A DNA stretch of 64,000 bases, from NCBI GenBank assembly GCA_009103225.1, contig RHPI01003369.1:17896-81895 (forward strand), read 5' to 3'. The stretch is from Chlorokybus atmophyticus. Its lineage: Eukaryota > Plantae > Mesostigma and Chlorokybus algae. This document shows positions 49,243 through 61,045 of this stretch, piece by piece. The position numbers were made by a program, and so were the translations under genes. How positions within the stretch are numbered: position 1 is the first letter of the stretch; every line of letters starts with the position of its first letter. The notes under the pieces are model-generated. The model was not told the DNA's origin. It saw nothing but the letters and a program-made list of their open reading frames with translations, and made no database searches.

Positions 49243-52147
49243 GTGTGTGCGCATGCATGTCAGAGTATGCATGGAGTAGGACGCTGCGTGCCTGCACGCG
49301 CGTATACGTATGTTGTGCTTGTATGCCTGTGATTGTGTGTGCTCGCATGCATGCGCGTGTGCGTACGTGCGTGCGTGGGTGTATGTGTGTGTGTTAAAGC
49401 TCACTTGTAGGTATGAGAGCCAAGCGTGCCAGGCTGAGGCAAGCTTGGCGTGAGTGATGCGAGTGAGGGCCTTCCTGAGCAGGGACTTGTGCGCGTGGGA
49501 GCGTACGCAGGACTCCCGCAGACCCCCGAACGCCGCCGCCAGCTTTAGGGACTGCATCCTCCGCACGGCCTTGCCCAGGACGTCTTTATCACGGACCCTG
49601 TGGAGAGAACAAAGAGCGTTGGGGACATATTCACATGCGTGCACGGTAGCATCAACACAAACACATGCACACACACGCGCGCCCGCACGCACACACACGC
49701 ACACCTCTTTTCCCGGAACGCCGTCCACCCCCTGAACGCTCTCGCCGCATGTACATGCCGTATCCTCATGACGCACTTCTCGAACCTTCCCCTCCGTTCC
49801 CTCTCCTCCCTCACGCTCTCCCTCCACGCCCCCATCGCGCGCGCGAGCCTGAACTTCCCCATCCTCGTTACGATGTGGCGAGCGCGTGAACGGAGGCGGG
49901 ATCCGGTGTGGGTGTAGGAGGACCAGGTGGTGAAGGCGCGAGAAAGGAGGCGATTGAGGATGTAGCTGGCGGCCCAACGGACGCGGTCGCGGCACGCACG
50001 CCTACCAGCCACACCCTGGCACAACAACAACAAGTAGTTTAAGTCAGCAAGAAGGTGCAATGTGTCGTAGATGCGGATGCATGCACTGTCTCGAGTGACA
50101 GTAGTAGAAGCACACTGGCAAAGGTGATGCAGTAGTACTGTCGTGACAGTTCTACTGGCAACGGTGTGTCCAGTGGAAGTGTTATGGCAGTACCAATGCT
50201 ACTGGCAAGGGCATTACCACTGGTTGTAAACTGGTAGTTGACCCGGTGCTTGACCTATAGACGCTGTGTGTCAATTGAATCAAACTAGCCGCAGTAACTC
50301 TAGAAAGGTAATAAACGCCACAAAGTGTTTACTTTTTGTACTTCTGCAGTACTGTAAAGATTCATCTGTACTACATCAGTGGGGCTTACAACTACGTGTG
50401 CCACCACAACCAGCACCCACACATGTGCGCACGCGCGCATGCGTGTGCATCTGTCGTAGTTGCCACACCCACTACACTATCCATACTGCACACAATCTCA
50501 CCTCTTTGAGCGCATAGAACGCTCTCGCCACTCTCCTCCTCCTCATAACATTCCCCGCCCTTCTCATCAACCCTTCCCTCCTCCTCTCCTCTTCATCCTT
50601 CACCGCCCTCTTCTCCCTCACCTCCCCTTCCCTCTCCCTCCTCTTCTCCCTCACCCCTTCCCTCCACACCACAAACACCTTCCTGACCACATCACGCCTG
50701 AGACGAGAACCGACGCGGGACCAGATGAGGGAGCGGTGTTGGGAGTGGGAGGTGGAGGAGCGCCAGGTGGAGAAGGAGAGCGAGAGGAGGCGGTGGTGGA
50801 GGCGGAGGAGGAGGCGACGGAGGAGGAGGCGACGGGAACGACGGCGGGAACAGGCAGAGAACCAGGCCTGGGAGGGGGAGAGGGTGGGAGTGGGTGGGTG
50901 GGTAGGCGGGTGGGGGTGGGTGGGTGTACTGTATTGATAGATTACGTGCACATTCTTGCTTACTTGGAATGCTTTGTGTGCGACGCGTAGGTCGAGTCGC
51001 CTGAGTTGGCGCAGGAACATTGCACGGTTGTTCTCGATCTCATCGTGCACGTGCTGCCCACAAGACATCTGTTACTCTCCCACACTCACAACATTACAAC
51101 AGACCCTACATCAATGTGTGACATGTGTCTACCTGTGCTTCCGCAGCAAGACGAGAAAGCCTTTCCGATGCCAGCTTCGCCGCGATGGAATCGGCGTTGT
51201 GTATGCCTGCCGCGTTTGTCATACTTGCCACAAGTGCACCCATGCTCTTCTCCCCCTCTTCACCCGCCTTTCTGACACTCTTACTGCCCTGACTACGCCT
51301 CCCTGAAGCCCTGCATTGACACAACACATGAGATAGTTTGTTGGTTCTTCCAACAACATGGACGACATGTTGGGAGGTTGTCTCACCTGGGCGTGTCATC
51401 GGTGTAGTCTGATGCGTAATCGTCATGCGCGTGAGACCCGCTTCGTGGGGTGGTTCTGTTGCTGCTTCTGTTGTTGATGTTATTATTGTTGTTGTTATTG
51501 TTGTGCTGTGGGTGTTGGGTGTGAGACTGACTGTGGCGCACACTAGACCTTGCGCTAACACTACTCCTGGCTGATGTTGAAGACGACGCCGAGAGCGATG
51601 AAGACACGCGCCTGGCCACATACACATTCAGTCATTCAGGTGTAATACAAGACACACCACTGTGTGACGCATGTTAAAACCCAACACATCAAGTGAGTTG
51701 TGCAGGCACCCACCTGTGGGATGTGGCATCCTGGGTCCGATGCTGCTGCTGCTGCTGTTGTTGGACACCCTCATCATACCCTTGCCTTTGTTGTTGTTGA
51801 TGTTGTTCATGATGTTGGCTATGTTGGTCATGTTGGTCATGTTGTCTAACCTTACCCCTACTATCACTACGGCTACTTGCATAGCTGACACTGCTCCTCC
51901 TGCTGCTACTCCTGCTGACATCATCACTCCTCTCACTAAAGCTTGTGTCATGGTGTTTCACACTGCTTCTCCTGCCTGAGGACAACAGCAGAGGCGGCGG
52001 CACAGGTGGCGGCACAGGCGGCGGCGACGGAGCCCAGGAGCCTAGACTGGCAGGACTTAAAGGAGGAGAAGTCTCTAGCACATGCTCCTCATTCTCCTCG
52101 TTGGCAGACGCCTCCTCGCCCCAGTCATCCTCGTCAGATGAAGCCAT
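47917..52147 (-). CDS. Sfi1-like centrin-binding repeat protein with C-terminal coiled coil, multi-exon
   Basis: At least nine L..AF..W-type motifs; in exon 50000-49725 the Trp residues are exactly 33 aa apart twice. Acidic/Pro-rich N-terminus from the ATG at 52147. Coiled coil RLESENARLRSELDRL near the end. Confidence 0.7.
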
Positions 52148-52773
52148 GTGATGCTGCTAGCGCGTGCGCTGCGCTCCAATAAGGACAAACTACACCAGGC
52201 CAGGATACAGCATACCGGACCAGGCCAGGCTAGACTAGGCCGGGCGGCGATCTCTGCGCATTTGCCGCGCCCGGTCACGTGATGCGTGGTGGGTGCGATA
52301 TAGTGCGGCCACGTAGGCCTGATGCGCGGGTCACGTGACTGCCACTGCGGCTATAACAGTCTGATCTACAGCGTGGGCTGGTCATGACTCATGAGACACC
52401 ACCTTCTGGGCAATCCATTAGCTCATTCAACTATTTCAGCTCTATGCAGGCCTTGTACTGCCGGTGTCTCACATAATTCAAATCATAAAAAAAAGAGGTT
52501 CAACCCACATGTAATACAGGCCATACAACACAACCAAGATAAGGTGACAATGAATGGACGCATGTGCAATTATGCTGTTGGTTATAAATGTTATTACTAT
52601 GGATATTTTGTTGCCTGCTTGCTGCCTTCAGTTTGGTGTACAACTACATCCGCATGGTACAACGTTGCACGGTTGATCAGATAGATGATGCGCATATGCT
52701 GATCACAAATATATAATTTACGACAAGGTTAAACAGTCACATAGCATAGACTCGATAGATTATGTGCAAATGC

Positions 52774-52952
52774 TAATACGATATTGGCGCTGTCAAACAA
52801 ACACAGCACCCAGCAACAAATCTATCAATCAATTTTGGGATGATATATGGGACAATGACATGTGTAGTCATCGTCCCATATATCATCCCAAAATTGATTG
52901 ATAGATTTGTTGCTGGGTGCTGTGTTTGTTTGACAGCGCCAATATCGTATTA
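52774..52952. repeat. Fold-back hairpin: 86-bp arms, 7-nt loop, one mismatch
   Basis: 52774-52859 pairs with 52867-52952. One A/C mismatch (52854/52872), which is G:U on the minus strand. Ends at the N at 52953. Confidence 0.92.
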
Positions 52953-54025
52953 NTTGAACAACCCGTGTTGTGCAAAAGGATAACCGTTATCCTTATTAAA
53001 TCTTCTGTGGCTATTATGAATTGATATGATACAGATTCATAATAATAATAATGATATTTGTAACGCTGCATTATAATTACAACATACGGACGGGCCTCAA
53101 GTTATGAGGTTGCACTTGTATGCCAGATATCTACCTCAATAATAATCACATTTAATTTGACACAACATTATTATGTGACAAAGTATCAACGTATGTCATA
53201 GCTGGTACAGGGGTCGCATAAATCAAGCGTCTCTTTGCAGCAATTGAAGCGGTCAATATCAATGCCGCTGTGACCTGCATTTGTTTTGGTGACAACGCCA
53301 CTCGACGATGGGTACATGGTGAAAAAGAGGGGCTTGGAATACAAGCACCGCTGGCATAAGTATGCGTGTTGCTTGTAAAGCTCTTTGATGGCCTCGTACT
53401 ATTGAGTAGTTGTGTGTGTGTGATGCAAAGTGGTATGCATATGTACAAATTAGAGTAAAACTCTGATGTTGTGCTATGCATGTGCACACTCATTGTGCAA
53501 AGTGTGCTTTGCGCAACTCATAAGTCCGTTCTGCGTGACGCACCATGAATCAAGCCTCAATGCCTCGTGAATTGATCACGCCACGTGTCCAACAAGTGAT
53601 AGCTGCAAATGATAGTTTATCAATATGTTCAAACAACGAACCTCTCGTAGCAATCATTTCGACGATATACAGATAGAGGCAGCGAGTGTCAATGTACATT
53701 ACAACTTACTTACTTGATTGTGCCCCAACATAATCGCATCGACAACATTGCACCATCTCGGTACCCACATACCTTGCCCACCCACATAGCATAGTGCGAC
53801 GGTTCTTGTGTTGTTTTGTCTCGTGTTCGGTTGTATGCCTTGTCTTGGTGCTTGTAAGTATTGGATTTAAGTGCTTGGCCCCTCGGAAATTACCATGCAC
53901 GTTCTAACTTGCGAATAAAAGCAGGAATGGGGATTGTACACATAGCATCATTCGCACGAGTGACTTCATGAAGGTAGGTGCTTTGCTCGGAAGAGACGGA
54001 CAAGTGCGCTTGCATGCTCACAGAC

Positions 54026-54029
<4 letters not shown>

Positions 54030-54082
<53 letters not shown>
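54030..54082. repeat. (AG)n microsatellite
   Basis: Direct read. Confidence 0.95.
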
Positions 54083-54085
<3 letters not shown>

Positions 54086-54447
54086 ATTTGCAGCACGTGC
54101 ATGTTCTCACATTTCAAAGGGATTAGTTGATAACAGCCAGTCCGCAAGGTGTCATATACCAACACCAAACCTGACGTGGCATTCAAGTTGGTGACTGCAT
54201 GGTTTGATGCCATGCCGGCATGAAGCTGTCAACACAACGTCAAGTGAGCGCATATGGAGCCGAGCAAGCAATTGACTGCAGCAAGACCCATGTTGAACGC
54301 AGGCAACAGCACATGTACAAATACAATGGGACAAACACTTAGTAATATATAATAACTATTCGCAACAATTGCAACAAATAGGTTTCATGCATCTGAGCTC
54401 AGTGGCGTGGCACACAAACCAGTGAAGCGAGTGCGCAAAACAGTACG

Positions 54448-55293
54448 TTACAAGTCATCGTCCAGGACAGTGTCTTCCAACACTTGAACAAGAAACTGTA
54501 GCACCAAAAAACCAATGATGGGAGTAAAGTCAATCTGCCCGGCCACAGGCGGGATCATGTTCCGGAAGACATTGAGGTAAGGGTCAGTCACCTGCAGAGA
54601 AGCACACACAAGTGTAAGTACCAACTGACCAAAAAAGTTGTTCAACACTTTCTCACGACATCAATGTGCAAGTCTTGACAATCGGGTACACAGGATGGAT
54701 ATACAAGCAATGTGAGCATGTATTGGCAAACTTCTGCTAACCTGTCTGAGAGTAACCCATGGTGAAGCGTCCCACTCAATTGTTGGGAACCATGTGAGCA
54801 GCACGCGCAGGAAGAGGAGCAGCAGGTACATCTTGATGAAGGAGGCAACAGCGCCGCCAATGACAGGCACGGTGGAGGCCAGCCCAGCGGAGAACGTCAG
54901 CGACGAGACGCCCCCGCCCGCCGCCGCTGCCGCAAGCTTCCATACCTTCGCCACCTTTCTCGCCATGCGCACGGCCACCCTCCATGCAGGCAGCGGCTCC
55001 CCATGCTGCCGCCGCCGCACCGCCTCTACCACCGTCTGCGCCCATGCAGGCAGAGTGACCCTTGCACGCTCGTTGTCCGCATAGACATTGCCAGCGTCTG
55101 CAGCGGCGGAGGAGGCCTGCGCACGCAGCACAAGCTGCGGCCTCTTCCTGTGCACCCGCAAACACGCCGCCGCAGGCAGCAGTGGCCTTAAACTTTGCCT
55201 CCTGTGCAAGTGGCAGCCGCCAAATAAAGAACGCGGCAATGAGACCAGCGACGTAGTCGCAGACGACGACGATGCGACCGCCGCAGCCGCCAT
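54448..55293 (-). CDS. YLMG: YGGT-family (YlmG homolog) chloroplast membrane protein, 2 exons
   Basis: Transit peptide, then FIKMYLLLLFLRVLLTWFP...PWVTLRQ|VTDPYLNVFRNMIPPVAGQIDFTPIIGFLVLQFL, a YGGT signature. Confidence 0.92.
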
Positions 55294-55567
55294 CCCGCCG
55301 CCAACCACCACGCCAACGCCGCCGCCGAAGATCCCAGCAACCTTACCCGCAAGTGAATAAAACCCTAACTCCAATCCCAAACTCGGATGAGTGTCGTTTG
55401 TGTTAGTATCGTAACGGGGGATTGTTTGGAAGGTACGCAGCGTAACCAAGCTGGCTTACGCGGTCCAATCAGATGAGCTCTTGCTTTGGTTGAGTGTATC
55501 TAAGTGTATCTTAAAGTGGCGTTGGGGGGCTGTTGAGGCGGCGGCGGTGGAGGTGGCGGCCTTTACG

Positions 55568-58015
55568 ATGGCGGCGGCGGCGGTTGGGGTGCCGGTGGGG
55601 GTTTGGAGGTGCGCCGGGTCGTTGAGGTCGCCCGCAGCTGCTGGGGTGCCGGTTGTCAGGAGACCGCTGCGCCATGGGGTCCTAGCGCTGCCACAGCGAC
55701 GGCTGACTCAGAGACGGCGGGTGGCCACGTCCGCCTCCCTCGTCCCGCAGCATGTCACAGACGTCCTCTACCAGCTTGCGGCACTTCCTGAGGCTGCCGC
55801 CGACGCTGCCGGGCAAGCTGCCGCCACAGCCACGGATGCTACCGCTGGCGCCGCAGCAGCTGCCGCCGCTAACAGTGGTAAGCCTGCATACTTCCTTTGA
55901 TGAACAGTACGTTGAATTATGCTCCAGTCGCATGCAACTGTTCAGTTGTGTGCTGTACCCAGTTTTAGTACTTCACTTGCCGTGGCATACTGTGTGTTCG
56001 AGGCCTGCTGAGCTGGTCGTTGCGTAAGGTCGACTGTTAGCAGTGTCAAGTAGATTGGCTTAAGTAACTTGTGCCTGCTTGTTGTTTTCCCTGCACGTTT
56101 GAACAACTGTTAGCAGTTGCATGATGATTGGTTGGAGTATGTCGTGCCTTCTTGTAGTTCTCCCTGCACAGGTTGTTATCTTGAAGTTACACTGGTTTAC
56201 AGCGTTTTGCGAACCGGTATTGCGCTTGTTTCGCATGTGAGTATATGTGCCGGAAAGGGGCAGCGTACATTTGATGAGTGCCGTTGTAACTTGCGTGAAT
56301 GCTGCTATGAGTTTCATGTTATTGAGGCTGTGCTGACAGCTATTGCACATGCACATTATGATGGAAGTCATGGTGGCTATTCAGGAGGTTTCTGGAGCTT
56401 TATCTCAGAGCCTCTGGAGGTGTTCCTGAAGGTGCTGGAGAGCGGTCTGGAGAAAGTGGGCGTGCCGTACTCATATGGTTTCTCCATCATCCTGTTGACC
56501 ATTCTGGTCAAGGCCATCACGTTCCCTCTCTCACAGAAACAGATCGAGTCCACTCAGAAGGTGCAGGCTTTGCAGCCACAAATCAAGGCTCTGCAAGCCC
56601 GCTACAAGGACGATCAAGAGCGCCTGCAGGTAATGTAGTCAAAACCATCCCTGACTGCAGCTCACATATTGGCGTGCTTGCATACTGCTGAAATGCAGGT
56701 TTTTGAACTCAATCTTGGTGTTTCACAATGCTGGCATGCTGGCATGTCATCGCGCTTGCCAATTCAGTTGCACTGTGTATGTTGAGGGTGCACTTTTCTG
56801 CAGGTTGAGACGGCCCGGTTGTACAGAACAGCAGAAGTCAATCCACTTGCAGGGTGTCTACCGACATTGGTCACGCTTCCTCTTTGGATTGGCCTTTACC
56901 GCGCGCTGACAAACGCCGCTAATGAGGGTGTGCTTGATGCCGGCTTCTTCTGGATCCCTTCGCTGGCAGGTATTGTGTTACACACTTGTCTGTTCGCATC
57001 TTACTCCTGGCAAGAGAATGTATTCACGCTGTTGCAGGTTGACATAGTGCTACTTGCTAGTGCTGTTGCACAAAGGGCAGCTATAACACTTATGTGCACA
57101 GGTCCAACCACACTGGCTGATCGCACAGCTGGGCTTGGAAACAAATGGCTGTTTCCATTTATCGATGGCGCGCCTCCCATTGGCTGGCAGGATGCCATAG
57201 CGTACCTTGTCCTGCCGGTTGTGTTGGTCATTTCCACCTACGTCAGTCAGAAGTTTGTGTCCCCAACGCCTACCAACGACTCCAAAGATGCAGGTGCTCA
57301 GACAAGCGCGGCGCTGCTCAAGTTCATCCCTTTGATGGTTGGTTACTTCTCCCTGAACGTCCCTGCTGGCCTCACGCTGTACTGGGTGACCAACAATGTG
57401 CTCACCACCGCCCAAACATTGTACTTCAAGAAGAAGTTGCCTGCACCCGCTGCCGCTGAAACAACTACCTTGCCTGGTGGGGAGCTTGTACCACTGCGAA
57501 GCTGTCTCTACATGTGCATCATGCAGTGGTGTGGTATCTAACTTGTGGATGTTGGCAGGGACTGCCAAGCGGGGTGGTTTGCCAGCAGCCAGCAGTGGGA
57601 ATGGTGCAGGTGTGGGCGCAAGCGCTCGTGAGAGCGCTGCTGCCACAGCAAGAGGACAGAGGTTTGCGGAGCAGAAGCGTCTTGAAGAGGAGCGCAAGCG
57701 CAAGCGCAAAGAGGCCGAGGAGGAGAAGAAGAGGCTCGCTGAGGAGGCTGCTACACGGGCTGCAGATGAGTCCTCATCCGTTGAGGTGGGCACTCTTGAG
57801 ACATGCAAGTGGATGGGGAGTAGTGGGATTGATGTGGTTGATATGCGTTGGGTGTTTTGCAGAAGGAGTTGCATATGCCAGACGTTGGTGTGGATAGCGT
57901 TCCCGATGCGCCTCCAGCAAAGGATCCCATGCCTGTCGCGTCCAGTGCATCGCCGTCCCCTTCATTAGCAAGGCGCAGCAAGCGAAAGAAGGCCACAGCA
58001 AAGAAGTCCTCTTAG
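55568..58015 (+). CDS. ALB3: Thylakoid membrane insertase ALB3 (YidC/Oxa1 family), multi-exon
   Basis: VPYSYGFSIILLTILVKAITFPL, VNPLAGCLPTL...IGLYRAL, GFFWIPSLAG, LSLNVP-like FSLNVPAGLTLYWVTNN, and basic C-terminal motifs (QRFAEQKRLEEE; RRSKRKK) typical of ALB3 rather than ALB4. Confidence 0.95.
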
Positions 58016-61000
58016 GTTGTAGTGGTGTTCTAGTGTAGTTGTCACTGAGGTCAATCTCTATGCCGGAGCGTTTTGTAATAGTGAATAGCTTTCATATGTA
58101 TTATGTGGAGTCAATCAGTGCTGCTACATGGGTCTGCTCGTGCGCTGCGTCACTTGTCTCGTACTGCTCCCCTTTGCATCTTTTGTACCCCATGACACCT
58201 TGCATGCTTTTAATGTTGCATACTAAGTTTTACACCAACTCGGTTGGTGCATGTGCTTGCCAAGCATTTTTCACATCCCTCCGCGCCTACTTGTATTGCA
58301 CCGTATATCGGGCACTACTTTGTATAGATCTGAAGTTCGTGATATTGCATGTAGGCGACACTTACCACGCATAATCCTGCCATTGGGAAACGCAGGCGCT
58401 TCATTGATGAGCATGGAATATGCCACCTTCAGCATTTCCCACATTGCATACTTGGTACACAATTGCGGTGCTTTTCGTGTGGAGTGCAATGCACACTTGT
58501 GACCTTTTCCAGTGTAGCTGCTGCAGGCCGACTCGCCTGATGCCTTGCTTGCGTTGTTGTGTTGTACACACTGCTGTTGTTAAGAGGCTTGGACCAGACC
58601 TTCACACTTTGCATTATTGCAAAGTGTATGTTGTGAGAAAGGTACATGCTTGTATGAGTCTGCACTACCAATTGGCTCTATTTCTTATGCATATGTCATG
58701 CAATATCGATAGTGATATTCAAGCTACTATTATTTATTGCTATTATATATGGCAAGCTGCTTGCAGTATAGCTTGCAGTATAGGGATACTAAATGGTGGT
58801 GCAAGTACCTTTTCACCCGTTTACAATGCCCCTTCAACAAGTCCAATTAAGACGCCCCCCTCATGGTTATCGGGCAATAATACCAATGATAGGGGCTTTT
58901 TTATTTTTAAAGGCAAGCGTATTCAAGTAGACTACATTATTCCATCGTCATAGTAATGTGGCATTATTATCAATGTGTGATTGCACATTCACAAAAAAGT
59001 TCTTTGAGATGCGGGCATGAACTCATGCTCTTCCGTGCAATACACTTAATCGCATACAACATATGCGTGATAATCAGCAGAAGCCGATTGGTGGAACATG
59101 GCAGCTTGCGTTCGAATCACGAAAACGTGCACAAGATATATGAAGTGTGATAAAATGACTGCAAGCATCAGACACAGCACACCCAATGCAATAGCCTCGT
59201 AGCGATGTTGCTAAAGCCAACCATATAGGGATTCTGGTGGGCAAGCCACTGTCTATTGCAATGACCAAGCCGCCTAGAAGTGGCCCACATCATGCACACC
59301 AAGCAATATCCCCGTTTATGTTCGACTTTTATATAAAGCTTATGTAATATGGTGGCACAATAGTGTAACATGCAAGGAGTTGAACCATAATTGGAGCAGA
59401 ATGGGGGTAATTACGGTAAGCACCTATCACATACACTCTACTCTGATACACACCAGTTACATGCATACATGTGTGCATGCTCGTGCAATCTTCAATGCCT
59501 TGCCTACACACGCACAAAGTTGTAATTCCTTTATGTAAAGCTATCACTAAAACTTTTTATAATATCCAAGCGGTGAGCATCACGCTTCGGTTGGCGCACA
59601 ATCAGCACATACCGTACTGCCACGACCCATTCATGCTAACATAAATGATACAAATGGTAAAACGGACATAAAACATAGGATACATATCATACATGATTGC
59701 GACTTTAAGTACATGAAACCAAAACCGAATAACCTAACGCGATCGTCGCGCGAACACTTCATGTACAGTATTAAGGAATGGTACAATATAATGTCGATAT
59801 GATATAGGCGATAAGTGCATATCTTATAAGTGCGTTTAACGCGATTGTGCACTTATAAGATATAAGATATGCACTTAACGCATAAATATGGACGTCACCG
59901 ACGTCTTTAGGGAACACCTGTGCGTCATAAGTATATGCGTTTATCAATCAATGCATGCTATAAGATGCCACGCCTTTTAGTTGTCTATGCGCTTATCAAT
60001 GTGGACTACACAAAAAGACTGGTATGTAAAAGTCTTTCAATTACATTCGTCAATGTATCACAATCAAATCAAGTAACTTCAGCTTAGGGTAACTAAAATA
60101 AGTGCATGTATTATGCATTTATGCCAAATTTACGTGCATAATTTGCACTTAACGCGGGTACATAAGTTACGCATCCGACGAGTGTGCATAAATGCAACAA
60201 GTGCACGTTCCTGATGGTATGCACTTATCCAGGTTAGGCTAACCATCTGAGCATCTGGCAATCCGACAGGATGCATTGACGCATGCTGTGACGCAAACAT
60301 AAAGTGACGTTATGGTCGGGCGTTACTACTCTGTGTGTGGGTTCCGAAGCTCCTGACAGGTTTGAAAAGTTTTCCAGTCGCAGGCTGCAAGCTTTGGTAT
60401 AAAGGACAGGCTAGGCCTACATTGCATGCAGCGTCGAGTCAGTCAACAAGTTTATGGACGCCGCGTCCGGTCATTGTCGACACGGCGTGAGCTTTCTACC
60501 ACCGGACACGGTCTGACCGGCAGTCGCCGTCGACAGCCGTCTAACGAGCGACGACGACCCGAACACACTCACACGCATGCATGCGCAAGTCGACGGCGAT
60601 GGCAACGTCGTTAGGCAACCTACTCGCCGGCAGTCGACGCCGACTGACCAGCAATACCGGTCACTGTGCTGCCGACAGCAATCGCGAATAAACTAGCAGA
60701 GAAAGGCCCCCCCGGGCGGTCCGACTGGCTAGGCATGCGGCCAGCATGCCTAGCCCGTGTCCCGCATGATGCGAGACACCCAGGCGGCGCGCGGCGTGCC
60801 ACACGCCGAAAATCTTTCCTCGTCGCGGGCTGCAAGTTTTGGTGTGTGCCATGAGTTAGCCTTTGGGTGAGGAGGGGGGTAATATCGCGTGTTGAACGTC
60901 GTGGCGCAGGGAGGAGGTGTGGAACTGTTAGGGTGAAAGTGTGTGTCATGGCATGCAACTCAAGGCGATGTTGACAGGTGGTCATAGTTGAAACTGACTC

Positions 61001-61045
61001 CTGTCCAGCAGATCAACTTGAAGCAGCAGTGGCAGATTGGCAGCA

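Noticed and set aside
13444-58015. Non-standard genetic code (TAA/TAG = Gln, as in some ulvophytes)
   Set aside because: SBPase, PETM, ALB3 and gag end in TAG and CPL4 in TAA at expected positions, and polyQ tracts use CAA/CAG.
58039-59550. Several 60-177-aa ORFs after ALB3
   Set aside because: Cys/His-rich compositions typical of translated non-coding GT/CA-rich DNA; no recognisable homology.
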